A DNA stretch of 64,000 bases from the IMG/VR virus record IMGVR_UViG_3300030390_000232, positions 374 through 64,373 of that record, one strand, 5' to 3'. The notes beneath the pieces are model-generated. The model was given only the letters and a program-made list of their open reading frames with translations, had not been told where the DNA came from and did no database searches. How positions within the stretch are numbered: the stretch's first letter is position 1; each line of letters starts with the position of its first letter. Below are positions 45,615 through 54,439 of the stretch, in pieces. The DNA is from a virus. A program made the position numbers and the translations under genes.

Positions 45615-45779
45615 CTACTTACCTACTTTTTGCATGGCTGATTTATGTGCAGCAGAAAAACTTTTGCCGTTCTTCATTTCTTTACGCATAAAAGCCATAT
45701 GCTTCGCTGTATGGTGTTCTTTATGCTTTTCTAGCGTTGTTTTTTGTCGCTTGGTTAGCCCTGATGTACGTTTACGCAT
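45615..45779 (-). CDS. small basic His-rich protein (54 aa)
   Basis: Hand-translated MRKRTSGLTKRQKTTLEKHKEHHTAKHMAFMRKEMKNGKSFSAAHKSAMQKVGK. Confidence 0.7.
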   Translation of the reverse strand: MRKRTSGLTKRQKTTLEKHKEHHTAKHMAFMRKEMKNGKSFSAAHKSAMQKVGK

Positions 45780-45784
45780 GACAC

Positions 45785-46228
45785 CTACCCCAGTGGATTA
45801 CTGTTGCTTTTTAGTGCGTTTAGTCTCGAACCAAGGCGCGTAATTTGCCCTTCAAGCCTTTCAATCGTGCTTTGAAGATTGCTAATTCGGCTTTTATTAA
45901 CGCTAACGCCGCTTTCGATTTTGCTTGTATCTTGGCTTTGAAGCCCGCTAATACTGCCTTCAAGTCGTTCAATAGTTTGGTTAGCATTTTTAATTTGCCC
46001 CTCTAAGGTCGCTATAGTTGCTGAAATACGTCCAACATCGCTATTAGACTGTGTAACTTCTAAAGTAGTCAATCTACGTTCCATAACGCGGATTTCCTCA
46101 ACATTATACAGTTCTGACATAGAACCTTCTAGTTGAGCCACCTTCTCTTCCATTGTAGCAAAAGTCATAGCTACACCACCTAAAGCGCCTGCTATGCCTA
46201 TCCACGTGCTTATCTGTTCTGCGTTCAT
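45785..46228 (-). CDS. membrane-anchored coiled-coil protein (i-spanin-like)
   Basis: N-terminal TM followed by heptad repeats; lysis cassette context. Confidence 0.5.
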   Translation of the reverse strand: MNAEQISTWIGIAGALGGVAMTFATMEEKVAQLEGSMSELYNVEEIRVMERRLTTLEVTQSNSDVGRISATIATLEGQIKNANQTIERLEGSISGLQSQDTSKIESGVSVNKSRISNLQSTIERLEGQITRLGSRLNALKSNSNPLG

Positions 46229-47016
46229 TATGGAAATACCTCAAGTCCGGGGTCAGGAAAGTACCCCTGCTCTATGTTTAGATTATCTGTCCAAAATTCA
46301 TTCTCTACGCCTACAGTTATACCATTCCAAGCTAAGTTGAGTTGGTTTACGTATAGGTCGTCAATACTTACCGCAGCAGTATCATAAAATGCTTGGACAG
46401 TACCGGATGCCTGTGTGCTAAACGTAGTCGCTTCAATTATCGCACCTTCGTACTGTTCAAGCATATTCTTCGTTCGTGATGCTACTACCATACCTTCTAT
46501 GCTTGCAGCGTAAGCATCTCGCGTTTCTTGCTTGATTTCGCGTAGGTCGTTATCAGTAGCGTACTTCTCCATTCCGATCTTAGTTGACTCGTCGGCAACT
46601 TCAATCTCTGCTGCAATAGCGGTAACAGCGGCCATCTCTCGCGCTTCGTCTACCATCGTATTTTTCTTATGGTCGAACTCTACCTGCTGTGCAAGTATTT
46701 GGTCTTGTATCAGCAAACCAGTGAGGTGCTCTTGAGTGGATTCGGCAAGGGCAGTAGCATAGGCAGCATTGAATGCGTCCAGTTGACCCTGTGTGACGTG
46801 GTACTCGTGCCCAGTGTCAGGGTCAACAATAGTAGTGTTACCACTAACCATGTTAGCGGCCATTTGCGAAATAAAATTGTTTGCCTCCGGCCCTATAAGG
46901 CTATCTATGACGGCTGTATGGTTTTGGAGGTCTGTTTGACTTCTCACGGTAGATGAGAGGCTGATCAGGAACCCTATCAGGGCGATGTTTATAAAACGTG
47001 TACGCATCATTTCCAA
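46228..47016 (-). CDS. exported helical protein
   Basis: Signal-peptide-like N-terminus (RFINIALIGFLISLSSTVRS). Confidence 0.6.
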   Translation of the reverse strand: MEMMRTRFINIALIGFLISLSSTVRSQTDLQNHTAVIDSLIGPEANNFISQMAANMVSGNTTIVDPDTGHEYHVTQGQLDAFNAAYATALAESTQEHLTGLLIQDQILAQQVEFDHKKNTMVDEAREMAAVTAIAAEIEVADESTKIGMEKYATDNDLREIKQETRDAYAASIEGMVVASRTKNMLEQYEGAIIEATTFSTQASGTVQAFYDTAAVSIDDLYVNQLNLAWNGITVGVENEFWTDNLNIEQGYFPDPGLEVFP

Positions 47017-47443
47017 TTAATCCTTGGTTAGTAGGACACGGAGTCCCAGATTCAAATAAAGCCCACCACACCCTATGATCTTGGCACATAACGCTAACGG
47101 CAGCAACCTTTAGACCTAGAGCTTGTAGCTGCTTAGACAGCTTTAATCGCTCACAATTCTCGTCTTTTATTGGGCTACCAATAGCTATACCAAACATCTG
47201 TGTTTGAACACCAGCACTACCAGAAAACACACATACGTCTTGGTTGTAGCTTGGGCCACTCGGGGCAACAGCGGTATTGACCGGCGTACCCTCTTGAGTG
47301 ACTGTTGTCGTTGTTCGATTGTCTATTGTTTCAGCAGATTGCTGGTTGTTAGAGCCAAAGTCCCCAACGCTAGCATCTTGGGCTTCTTGGGCGTTAGACG
47401 AGCTTGGTAATAATACTAATGCCGCCAGTAATAACAACCGCAT
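46901..47443 (-). CDS. exported Cys-containing protein
   Basis: Signal peptide MRLLLLAALVLLPSSSNA; four Cys (CVF, CERLKLS, MCQD, PCP). Confidence 0.65.
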   Translation of the reverse strand: MRLLLLAALVLLPSSSNAQEAQDASVGDFGSNNQQSAETIDNRTTTTVTQEGTPVNTAVAPSGPSYNQDVCVFSGSAGVQTQMFGIAIGSPIKDENCERLKLSKQLQALGLKVAAVSVMCQDHRVWWALFESGTPCPTNQGLIGNDAYTFYKHRPDRVPDQPLIYREKSNRPPKPYSRHR

Positions 47444-47594
47444 ACAGCCCCCAAATCATATTCTCTAAACGTACAAACTTCTTAGACCCAGAAGCAAGTT
47501 CTTCCTTAATATACGCGTATTTTAAATTACACTCTGCTTCGTGTTTTTCAATACCTGCTACTGCTTCTGCCAGCATTTCCTTCTGCGTTGCCAT
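47394..47594 (-). CDS. XhlA-like small membrane protein
   Basis: IEKHEAEC..Y coiled coil plus a C-terminal TM. Confidence 0.55.
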   Translation of the reverse strand: MATQKEMLAEAVAGIEKHEAECNLKYAYIKEELASGSKKFVRLENMIWGLYAVVITGGISIITKLV

Positions 47595-47602
47595 TACTAC
47601 CT

Positions 47603-48052
47603 CTACAATATGTTTAAAGTTACGATAATACCGTCATGCCCTTCGATAGGAAGGCCCACTTCGGCGTTAAATAAATCTTCTCTGCCAAAACTCGCAAGTA
47701 AGAAATCATACATTGGAGTGTTTGTTTTTACATGCCCTTTTATGGCTGTAATGTCTAAGTCCCGTAATACCTTACAAAAGGAATCACCAGACAGTATAAA
47801 TGCTTTGTTGTCGCCCACTATCACGTTTGTGCAGTGGTACGCTCGGTTCTTAACTATACCTGTTGTGTAGCCCACAACTTCGCCGTCTTTAGTTATCTCT
47901 GCGGTAAGTTTATTTTCGCACGCGTGTACGAACATACGCTTTATAGTGCCAAAGTCTGACTTTGTATTGGTATCTATAACGTCTTTGTTTTCGGCGTATA
48001 GCTGCTCTAACTTCACTAGGTCAACTGCGTTAACTATTGTAGTGCTAAACAT
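47603..48052 (-). CDS. hypothetical protein (possibly GNAT-like fold)
   Basis: ORF in the late operon; only a weak fold resemblance. Confidence 0.55.
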   Translation of the reverse strand: MFSTTIVNAVDLVKLEQLYAENKDVIDTNTKSDFGTIKRMFVHACENKLTAEITKDGEVVGYTTGIVKNRAYHCTNVIVGDNKAFILSGDSFCKVLRDLDITAIKGHVKTNTPMYDFLLASFGREDLFNAEVGLPIEGHDGIIVTLNIL

Positions 48053-48512
48053 TGAACGTCACCGTCAGGGAAGCGCCGTCTGTGCCGCCAAATAATGATA
48101 CTGCGCCTACGGCATTACCTGACCATTGCGCATAGTTAACGGTGCCGAATACCACTTTTTGGAAGGTAAGGGCGCTCATATTAACACTGCCTAAAGGTGT
48201 TGCTACAGACGTTATTGATGTGGCTGATAGATTTTCGTCTGGGTCGGCCACGGCGAATATAAATGAAGGATCGAGGTTCTGTGTGCGGAGGGTGTGTACA
48301 GTGTAGTTAGCGCCGTCAACTGTCACGTGGTTGGGGGATAGGCTACCTAAGAACTGAGCTGCCTCAAGCGATTCATCAGATAACACCTGAAATGGCACTC
48401 TAGCAAACCCATAGTAGAAACCCGATTTTGCGTTAGTAACACCCACAGTCATAGTGGAGACATTAGGCCCACTCGATGCGCCACCCACCATCATTATAGC
48501 GCCAGAAGACAT
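48045..48512 (-). CDS. tail-associated beta-rich protein
   Basis: MSSGAIMMVGG start coupled to the upstream tail gene. Confidence 0.55.
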   Translation of the reverse strand: MSSGAIMMVGGASSGPNVSTMTVGVTNAKSGFYYGFARVPFQVLSDESLEAAQFLGSLSPNHVTVDGANYTVHTLRTQNLDPSFIFAVADPDENLSATSITSVATPLGSVNMSALTFQKVVFGTVNYAQWSGNAVGAVSLFGGTDGASLTVTFNV

Positions 48513-49459
48513 TAACTAACGCCTCCACCAAAGATGACGTATAGGTTAGCTGCTACACATACGATCTCGGCTACGCCACCCTGTACAATGGTTCTGTCAG
48601 TGCTCGCGTCACCCGGAGTGTAAGCTGCACCTGAACACAGGGCTATAACATCGTCAGTACCGCCGGATTCGATAGTAATATCAGCCGTTGCATGGGCGTT
48701 AACAATAACCCAAGTAGAGCCAACAGGGATGGCCACTGTAGCTGCGTCAGGTAGAGTGTACGTAGTGTCTCCACTAGCTGTGGATATAATTCTTTGCCCG
48801 ACAAGTGCTGTCATTGCCGTGGCATCTTTGTTACCACTAGCAGATACACTTACCGTAGGTGATCCTGTAATCCCACCAGTAGCAGTTGTAACACCTGTAA
48901 CAGCTAACGTGCCCGCTATGGCTGTGTTGCCATCTGAACCAGCTACGGTAAACTTGTTTGTATTTACTGCTACATTTCCAGTAACACCTAATGTACTAGC
49001 CATGGTTACTGCACCAGTAACATCTAGTGTGCCGCCCATTGTGGCGTTACCTGCGGTGCTAGTACCTGCTTCTTTAACATCTGCGCCGTCACAATACAGG
49101 ATAGCGGTTTTGCCGTTAGGTACAACTACCCCTGCGTCATTAGCGGTCTTTACAGTTACCGTCTGTCCGCCGGTAGTAGCGTTGTTAATGACCCACATCT
49201 TGGCTAGGTCAGGAACGATTATGTTAGAGTTAGACCCTAAAGTACCAGAAGTTAGTCTGATTATCGCATGTCTTGACTGGCAGGAAGTACCCGTTGTATT
49301 GGTAGTTAGAGTAGTATCGCCGGTTATAGCAATACTTACATAGCCCGCAATAGCTTCTTCTAACATGTCGGTTAATTGGGTATTTATAAGGTCACCCCAA
49401 GTACCGGACGCGTCACCTGCTGCTGGTTTTACAAGACCTAGCTTAGTTGTATGTGCCAT
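48512..49459 (-). CDS. tail fibre/spike-like structural protein
   Basis: LGLVKPAAGDASGTWG N-terminus; TLP-type C-terminal domain. Confidence 0.65.
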   Translation of the reverse strand: MAHTTKLGLVKPAAGDASGTWGDLINTQLTDMLEEAIAGYVSIAITGDTTLTTNTTGTSCQSRHAIIRLTSGTLGSNSNIIVPDLAKMWVINNATTGGQTVTVKTANDAGVVVPNGKTAILYCDGADVKEAGTSTAGNATMGGTLDVTGAVTMASTLGVTGNVAVNTNKFTVAGSDGNTAIAGTLAVTGVTTATGGITGSPTVSVSASGNKDATAMTALVGQRIISTASGDTTYTLPDAATVAIPVGSTWVIVNAHATADITIESGGTDDVIALCSGAAYTPGDASTDRTIVQGGVAEIVCVAANLYVIFGGGVS

Positions 49460-49872
49460 TATTCAATCCTAATTATTGCTGTAGTCGCGCTCGCGGCAGG
49501 GAAATTAACCGCAAACGTGCTGTTAGATGATGTTTTGTCTGAGCCGAAGTTTAACACAGCTACAGCTATACCGCCGTCCACGTATAGTAACGCCCCGTTT
49601 GCGGTTATAGAGGAACTAGCCCACTCTACGTCTGTTAGGTCTACGTAGGCTGTAGTGCCACTTGAAGTGGGGGTACCTTTAGTTACTACCTTACCTGTAG
49701 CGTCGTACCCTGTGCCCGAGGCTTCGCCTGTAGCGGTGTACGCTGTAGTGGCGGCACCTAAATCAGCGGCGCTAGTGTATAAAGCTATCTTTAAAGTAAC
49801 TGAATCAAAGTCTAAGTCACCTTTAAGAAGGGCTAACTTAGCTGATGTGGTCATTATTTGTGTAATAGCCAT
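49459..49872 (-). CDS. conserved structural protein
   Basis: MAITQ...KIALYTSAA...GEASGTGY...VAVLNFGSDKTSSN. Confidence 0.65.
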   Translation of the reverse strand: MAITQIMTTSAKLALLKGDLDFDSVTLKIALYTSAADLGAATTAYTATGEASGTGYDATGKVVTKGTPTSSGTTAYVDLTDVEWASSSITANGALLYVDGGIAVAVLNFGSDKTSSNSTFAVNFPAASATTAIIRIE

Positions 49873-49873
49873 C

Positions 49874-50551
49874 TTACGCTGCTCCTACCGGCGCGGGTGC
49901 AGATGCAACGCGATACGCATCTTTGTTAACTTTACCTCGATATAGATCAAGCAGCTTTAATGACGTCATGTACTGCTTATCGTACATAGCTTGTATGTCT
50001 TGCTCCGCTTTCATAAATACGCCCGCTTCCACTAGCGCACCGTTAAGTAGAACGCTGTCAAAATTGCTAGACAACCACGTAGTACCGCTAGTAGCACCCG
50101 CTGTAAGGGACGCTGGGTAGGCTTTATAGGTGTGTATTAGAGATAGGGCGTTACTCGGGGTAGGCGCTACGGCAAGAAATAGTGTATTGGCTGCGCCACC
50201 ATAAGTATTTTCACCGTACTGCGCGTAGTATACAGGGTCGCCTGTAGTATCTTGGTCGGGGTATGCCTCTAATAAGAAACTATTGTCTTTCTCTATCAGG
50301 TACGTAATAACGTTGTTAGCATCTTTTGTAGCAAGGCTAACAGTACTTAAGTATCCGCTAGGCACTTCTTCTAGTGGGTTACCTACGGATAGGCTAGCTG
50401 AACTATCTGTAAACGTGCCAGAAGGTAGGTCAATAGCCGTGTATATAGCTTGCTCTGCTTTGGATATAAACAAATCTAGCTGAGTATCCGTAAACGTGTT
50501 CTCAGTAATATCAGCGATGTTATCCCTCACCTGCTGTAATGTCATACTCAT
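49874..50551 (-). CDS. head-tail adaptor / tail tubular A-like protein
   Basis: FISKAEQAIY, LLEAYPD, TTWLSSNFDSVLLNGALVEA. Confidence 0.6.
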   Translation of the reverse strand: MSMTLQQVRDNIADITENTFTDTQLDLFISKAEQAIYTAIDLPSGTFTDSSASLSVGNPLEEVPSGYLSTVSLATKDANNVITYLIEKDNSFLLEAYPDQDTTGDPVYYAQYGENTYGGAANTLFLAVAPTPSNALSLIHTYKAYPASLTAGATSGTTWLSSNFDSVLLNGALVEAGVFMKAEQDIQAMYDKQYMTSLKLLDLYRGKVNKDAYRVASAPAPVGAA

Positions 50552-50889
50552 GTTGTCACCGTTACTGTGCCTATCTTGGCATTACCTACTAATGTATTGG
50601 GTATGTCTATGTTGTTGCCCCCACCTACAGGTCTAAAGCCGTACTGTGTAACTCTACTCGCAGCCGTGGCGTTGTCTGGGCGTGGGTTACGTAGCGCCTG
50701 TGGGTCGTTTACTATAACCTCACCTAGCTTATTCTGTGGGTGATCCGGCTCCCAACAAGAGGGGCATACCATTAAATGTGTGTTCTTACTCTTAATGACA
50801 AGAGCTTTTAGCTTTTTAAGCCTGTACTGAAACCCGCAACGGTCGCATATAGCGATAGCTCGTTTGGAGGAAGCAAATTTGTTTCCCAT
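50548..50889 (-). CDS. zinc-ribbon late protein
   Basis: AICDRCGF...VCPSCWEPDHPQ. Confidence 0.7.
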   Translation of the reverse strand: MGNKFASSKRAIAICDRCGFQYRLKKLKALVIKSKNTHLMVCPSCWEPDHPQNKLGEVIVNDPQALRNPRPDNATAASRVTQYGFRPVGGGNNIDIPNTLVGNAKIGTVTVTT

Positions 50890-50892
50890 AAG

Positions 50893-51639
50893 TTAGCACC
50901 TGTAGTTACTAGGTACGAACCTAGCGGCTGTTTTTTCACGGTCTTCTTCCGAAGCTAACCTAAATTGATCTTCATATTCTTGTTTTAGCATCTGTACACG
51001 AGGCATAAGCTCGGGCACTTTCATAGCTATATAGTACGCCAGTCCTGCTACCGCGCACGGGAGGAACCTGAATGGCATATCTGCTGTCTGCGCTCCCGTA
51101 CCCGCGTCTTGTATACGGCGCATACGGTAGTAATATATTTGATAAGTACTGCTTTTGTCCGGCACTGGCCATACGGTCAAGAACTGTACGTTTGTGCCTA
51201 GAGTAGTAGTGTTGTTAGAAAGAGAACCACTTTGGTAAGTACCCGCTTGTCCTAGTCTATGGACTAATGCTTGTAGTGGTCTACCTGTAGATAGTTTGTT
51301 GGGTATAGCTGCGTACGTAGGTAAACTGATTCTGTTTAACGACAGGTCAGACTGTGATGACGCATCGCCCGCGTTTGTACGTATGTTCATCTCACATACG
51401 TCTATCGTGTCAGCGGGTAGACTATACGTAGCATCGTCTTTTGTAAGGTCAATATAACCTTCATCTATCGTCCACAAGTTAATCCCACGATTAGCCCACT
51501 CAATGGTAAGCATGTTCATGGAACGTCTAGCCGTACGTAGGTCGTAACCCGTGCGCATCTCGCGCCCAGCGCGTTCCCACGCCTCCTCCGCTATCTCTGT
51601 AAATTGCGGATTAAATCCTGTAGTGCCTGAAGTAGTCAT
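50893..51639 (-). CDS. head-tail connector-like protein
   Basis: EEAWERAG...TARRSMN..EWANRGINLW; context. Confidence 0.6.
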   Translation of the reverse strand: MTTSGTTGFNPQFTEIAEEAWERAGREMRTGYDLRTARRSMNMLTIEWANRGINLWTIDEGYIDLTKDDATYSLPADTIDVCEMNIRTNAGDASSQSDLSLNRISLPTYAAIPNKLSTGRPLQALVHRLGQAGTYQSGSLSNNTTTLGTNVQFLTVWPVPDKSSTYQIYYYRMRRIQDAGTGAQTADMPFRFLPCAVAGLAYYIAMKVPELMPRVQMLKQEYEDQFRLASEEDREKTAARFVPSNYRC

Positions 51640-51932
51640 TATTTAGTTCCACATCCGCATTTGTGTCGTCGTTTACGAGCTAAGCCACCGCCCCCAAACT
51701 TTACTGTCGCGGGTTTAGTGTTCTTAACTACCGTTTTGCCCTTTGCGCCTTCCCGCTTCTTTTTCTTAGCAGTGGCTGCACGTTGGCCTTTAGTTAGCGA
51801 GTTCGCTTTGTTGCGCGGTAAGCAACGGTCTGGGTTTTTCTTGTCTTTTGATGTGCCACACTTACCTTTGACCTTACCATCAGTACCGACACGAACCCAG
51901 TCTTGGTCAACCCATTTCTTTAGATCGCCCAT
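51639..51932 (-). CDS. Lys-rich small protein
   Basis: KWVDQDW...CLPRNKA...KFGGGGL. Confidence 0.75.
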   Translation of the reverse strand: MGDLKKWVDQDWVRVGTDGKVKGKCGTSKDKKNPDRCLPRNKANSLTKGQRAATAKKKKREGAKGKTVVKNTKPATVKFGGGGLARKRRHKCGCGTK

Positions 51933-52093
51933 TATTTCTTCTTACCTTTAGAACCTTTAGCGTAATTAGGGTCTTTGCAATACTTAGAAGCTGCCATATT
52001 AGCATATGCGCTAGGGTAAGTATCGAAGGTACGTTTCGCCCACGACTTACCCTTAGAACATATTTTACCACCAGACTTATAGTATCTGCGCAT
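51932..52093 (-). CDS. Lys-rich small protein (53 aa)
   Basis: Hand-translated MRRYYKSGGKICSKGKSWAKRTFDTYPSAYANMAASKYCKDPNYAKGSKGKKK. Confidence 0.75.
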   Translation of the reverse strand: MRRYYKSGGKICSKGKSWAKRTFDTYPSAYANMAASKYCKDPNYAKGSKGKKK

Positions 52094-52095
52094 CA

Positions 52096-52449
52096 CTACC
52101 TCATTTTACACTTACGGACGCCTTTCTTGGCCTTGCCCACACCGCGAACTTTACCGCCTTTTTTGAATTTAGGTTTTTTATCCTTAACAGTTACCACTTT
52201 ACTGTCGCCTTCTTGCGTTTTTTTAGACCCAAAACCACGTTTACTAAGTCCATCTTGTAAGTCTTCGGAAAGAGAACCCTCTCCACCCTGCTTACGCCCG
52301 TACGCTAACGCTGCATTAAAACTTGCGCGTTGTTCTTCCGTAAACCCAACTTCGTTTGCTTCCCTTTTTGTTAGGTTCTTACCAGTAGAAATATGATACC
52401 CGAAAGCATCTTTATCTTTAAGGCGTTCATACGTCTCTTTAGCACTCAT
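52096..52449 (-). CDS. basic protein with KGGKVRG...GVRKCKMR tail
   Basis: C-terminus shared with two neighbours. Confidence 0.75.
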   Translation of the reverse strand: MSAKETYERLKDKDAFGYHISTGKNLTKREANEVGFTEEQRASFNAALAYGRKQGGEGSLSEDLQDGLSKRGFGSKKTQEGDSKVVTVKDKKPKFKKGGKVRGVGKAKKGVRKCKMR

Positions 52450-52451
52450 GG

Positions 52452-53189
52452 TTAGCGCATCTTACACTTACGGACGCCTTGCTTAGCAATACCTGCACCA
52501 CGAACTTTACCACCATGCTTAAACGCTGGGGCTTCGCGGTTTTTCCTACGTCTAGCGCCAGCATTCATACCTTCTTGGCCAGAAATACCCGCACTCGAAC
52601 CTGAGTCTGACTGCATTGCGTCTGCACGGGTTTTAGCCGCTGCTAGTCGGTCAGCCGAACCTTGTTTTTTCTTACCAACATTGCTTGGACTGAAAAAATC
52701 GGCGTTAGCTGCTGCGTTAGACTTACGCTGGGCAGCTTTACCTGCGCCAACTTCGGTTGCTACAGTATTGTCAGCAGACCTATTCGCTTTGGAACCTACA
52801 GTGTCCTTTGCTCTAGTTACAGCATTTGAGCCTTTTGGTAGCGACGCTTCTAAATCCGCAGAACTTAAACCTTTAGGGTTCTTGCCCTTAGTAGGATTAG
52901 CCATAGCTGTAAAGTTAGGCTTCTTCTTAGTGCCACCAACTTTGGCTGTGCCTTCGCTAACATTAGTCTTAGTAGTGACTTTTTTCTTAGCGGGGGCTTT
53001 AGCTTTAGCTTCAGCTTTCTTTTTCTTAGGCGGACGATTAAAGATATACCCGTAAGTATCCTTATTACCGTCTAACCCACCACCGATAACTGATTTACCT
53101 TCGGCGATACGTTCCTTTCGTCGGGCCTTAAACTTCTCTTTAGAAGCCTTACTTTTCTCTATTGTTTTCTTTATGTCTCTTCTTGGCAT
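52452..53189 (-). CDS. basic disordered protein with HGGKVRG...GVRKCKMR tail
   Basis: K/A-rich; shared C-terminus. Confidence 0.75.
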   Translation of the reverse strand: MPRRDIKKTIEKSKASKEKFKARRKERIAEGKSVIGGGLDGNKDTYGYIFNRPPKKKKAEAKAKAPAKKKVTTKTNVSEGTAKVGGTKKKPNFTAMANPTKGKNPKGLSSADLEASLPKGSNAVTRAKDTVGSKANRSADNTVATEVGAGKAAQRKSNAAANADFFSPSNVGKKKQGSADRLAAAKTRADAMQSDSGSSAGISGQEGMNAGARRRKNREAPAFKHGGKVRGAGIAKQGVRKCKMR

Positions 53190-53191
53190 GA

Positions 53192-53710
53192 CTACCTCAT
53201 CTTACACTTACGTACGCCTTGTTTAGCAATGCCCGCACCGCGAACTTTACCGCCTTTTTTGTACGTCTTGACCTTACCGCCTTTCTTCATAGCAGGCATT
53301 TTAGGGGGCATAGCAGGAGCACCACCGCCCATACCGGGCATAGCGGAAGGAGCACCACCGCCACCAGCGGCACGCATCATACGTTTTTTACGCTCTTCTT
53401 CCGACTCCATAGGAGCAGGGCCGCCAGCACCGGGCATGATAGGTGGAGCACCACCAAGTGATTTGCCCATAGGAGGAGCAGCGCCAGCCATTCCGCCAGC
53501 CATATATTTTTTAGTTTTCACTTTACCACCTTTTTTGTAGTCAGATTTTTTCATGTCTACCATCTTTCCTGTCTTAGGATCAGTACCCATGTCTAAATCT
53601 TGCTTACGTTTAGTTTCTTTGCGTTTAGGGTCTTCGTTGCCTAGGCTAGCGTTTGCGTTGGCTACGTTTACTTTTTTTGCCTTAGCGCGGTCTTTAGCGG
53701 TCATCTTCAT
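53192..53710 (-). CDS. basic Pro/Gly/Met-rich protein with several KKGGKV motifs
   Basis: Four GG motifs; shared C-terminus. Confidence 0.75.
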   Translation of the reverse strand: MKMTAKDRAKAKKVNVANANASLGNEDPKRKETKRKQDLDMGTDPKTGKMVDMKKSDYKKGGKVKTKKYMAGGMAGAAPPMGKSLGGAPPIMPGAGGPAPMESEEERKKRMMRAAGGGGAPSAMPGMGGGAPAMPPKMPAMKKGGKVKTYKKGGKVRGAGIAKQGVRKCKMR

Positions 53711-53719
53711 AGGGTATAC

Positions 53720-54028
53720 CTAACATTTCCAGCGTTTGCGAGCTTGGCGAAGCCTTGAATTAGGGTCTTTAGCCGCCTTCGGAAACTGTTTCATTTGTCC
53801 AGCAGAACGCGCACAGTACGACTTTCGACGTGATGCGCGCTTGCCAGTTGGTTTGTCTTCAGTTACTGCTGTCTTTAACTTACTACCGGGGTTATCCCGA
53901 CGATACTTAGCTACACCTTTGGCGGTCATGCCAGCACCAGATTTGGTAGGGCGTTTCTGCCCGCCGCCTATGGTGTGGCCCTTCATAGAGCCTTTGACCT
54001 TACCGCCTTTCTTGTAGTAAGCGCGCAT
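53720..54028 (-). CDS. Lys/Arg-rich protein (DUF6321-like)
   Basis: GAGMTAKGVAKYRRDNPGSKLK...RRKSYCARS...RLRQARKRWKC. Confidence 0.75.
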   Translation of the reverse strand: MRAYYKKGGKVKGSMKGHTIGGGQKRPTKSGAGMTAKGVAKYRRDNPGSKLKTAVTEDKPTGKRASRRKSYCARSAGQMKQFPKAAKDPNSRLRQARKRWKC

Positions 54029-54420
54029 TAGAATATCTTCCGCATCTCAACTATAATAGTTGTCTGCTCACCAGTGGTACCCATGCTAGCCGACTGCACA
54101 ATTAGATCACCCGTTGGATTAGCGCCTTCTTGGGTTACGCCGCCCCAACCACCTAGAGTAAAATCAAAGCAGTAGTTCTGGCTGTCCAAGACGCCTGCGG
54201 CGATTAATACGTCTACATCAGCGTCCCATTGTAGCCTGCACTGGGCATCGTGCGACGCAGATAGCCACACGCGTTCAACAGCAACGGCTGTGTAGTCCTT
54301 AGTGCTAATATCAACCAAAGTATCACTTTGCGAACCCGTATCGTTAAATGTCTGCGTATGTTTAAGAACTAACTTACGAGCAGTATCGGCTAGCGTTGTT
54401 GTAATCGTTGGATTAGCCAT
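54028..54420 (-). CDS. hypothetical structural protein
   Basis: ORF coupled to neighbours in the late operon. Confidence 0.65.
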   Translation of the reverse strand: MANPTITTTLADTARKLVLKHTQTFNDTGSQSDTLVDISTKDYTAVAVERVWLSASHDAQCRLQWDADVDVLIAAGVLDSQNYCFDFTLGGWGGVTQEGANPTGDLIVQSASMGTTGEQTTIIVEMRKIF

Positions 54421-54439
54421 AATCTATACTCCCGAGTTA

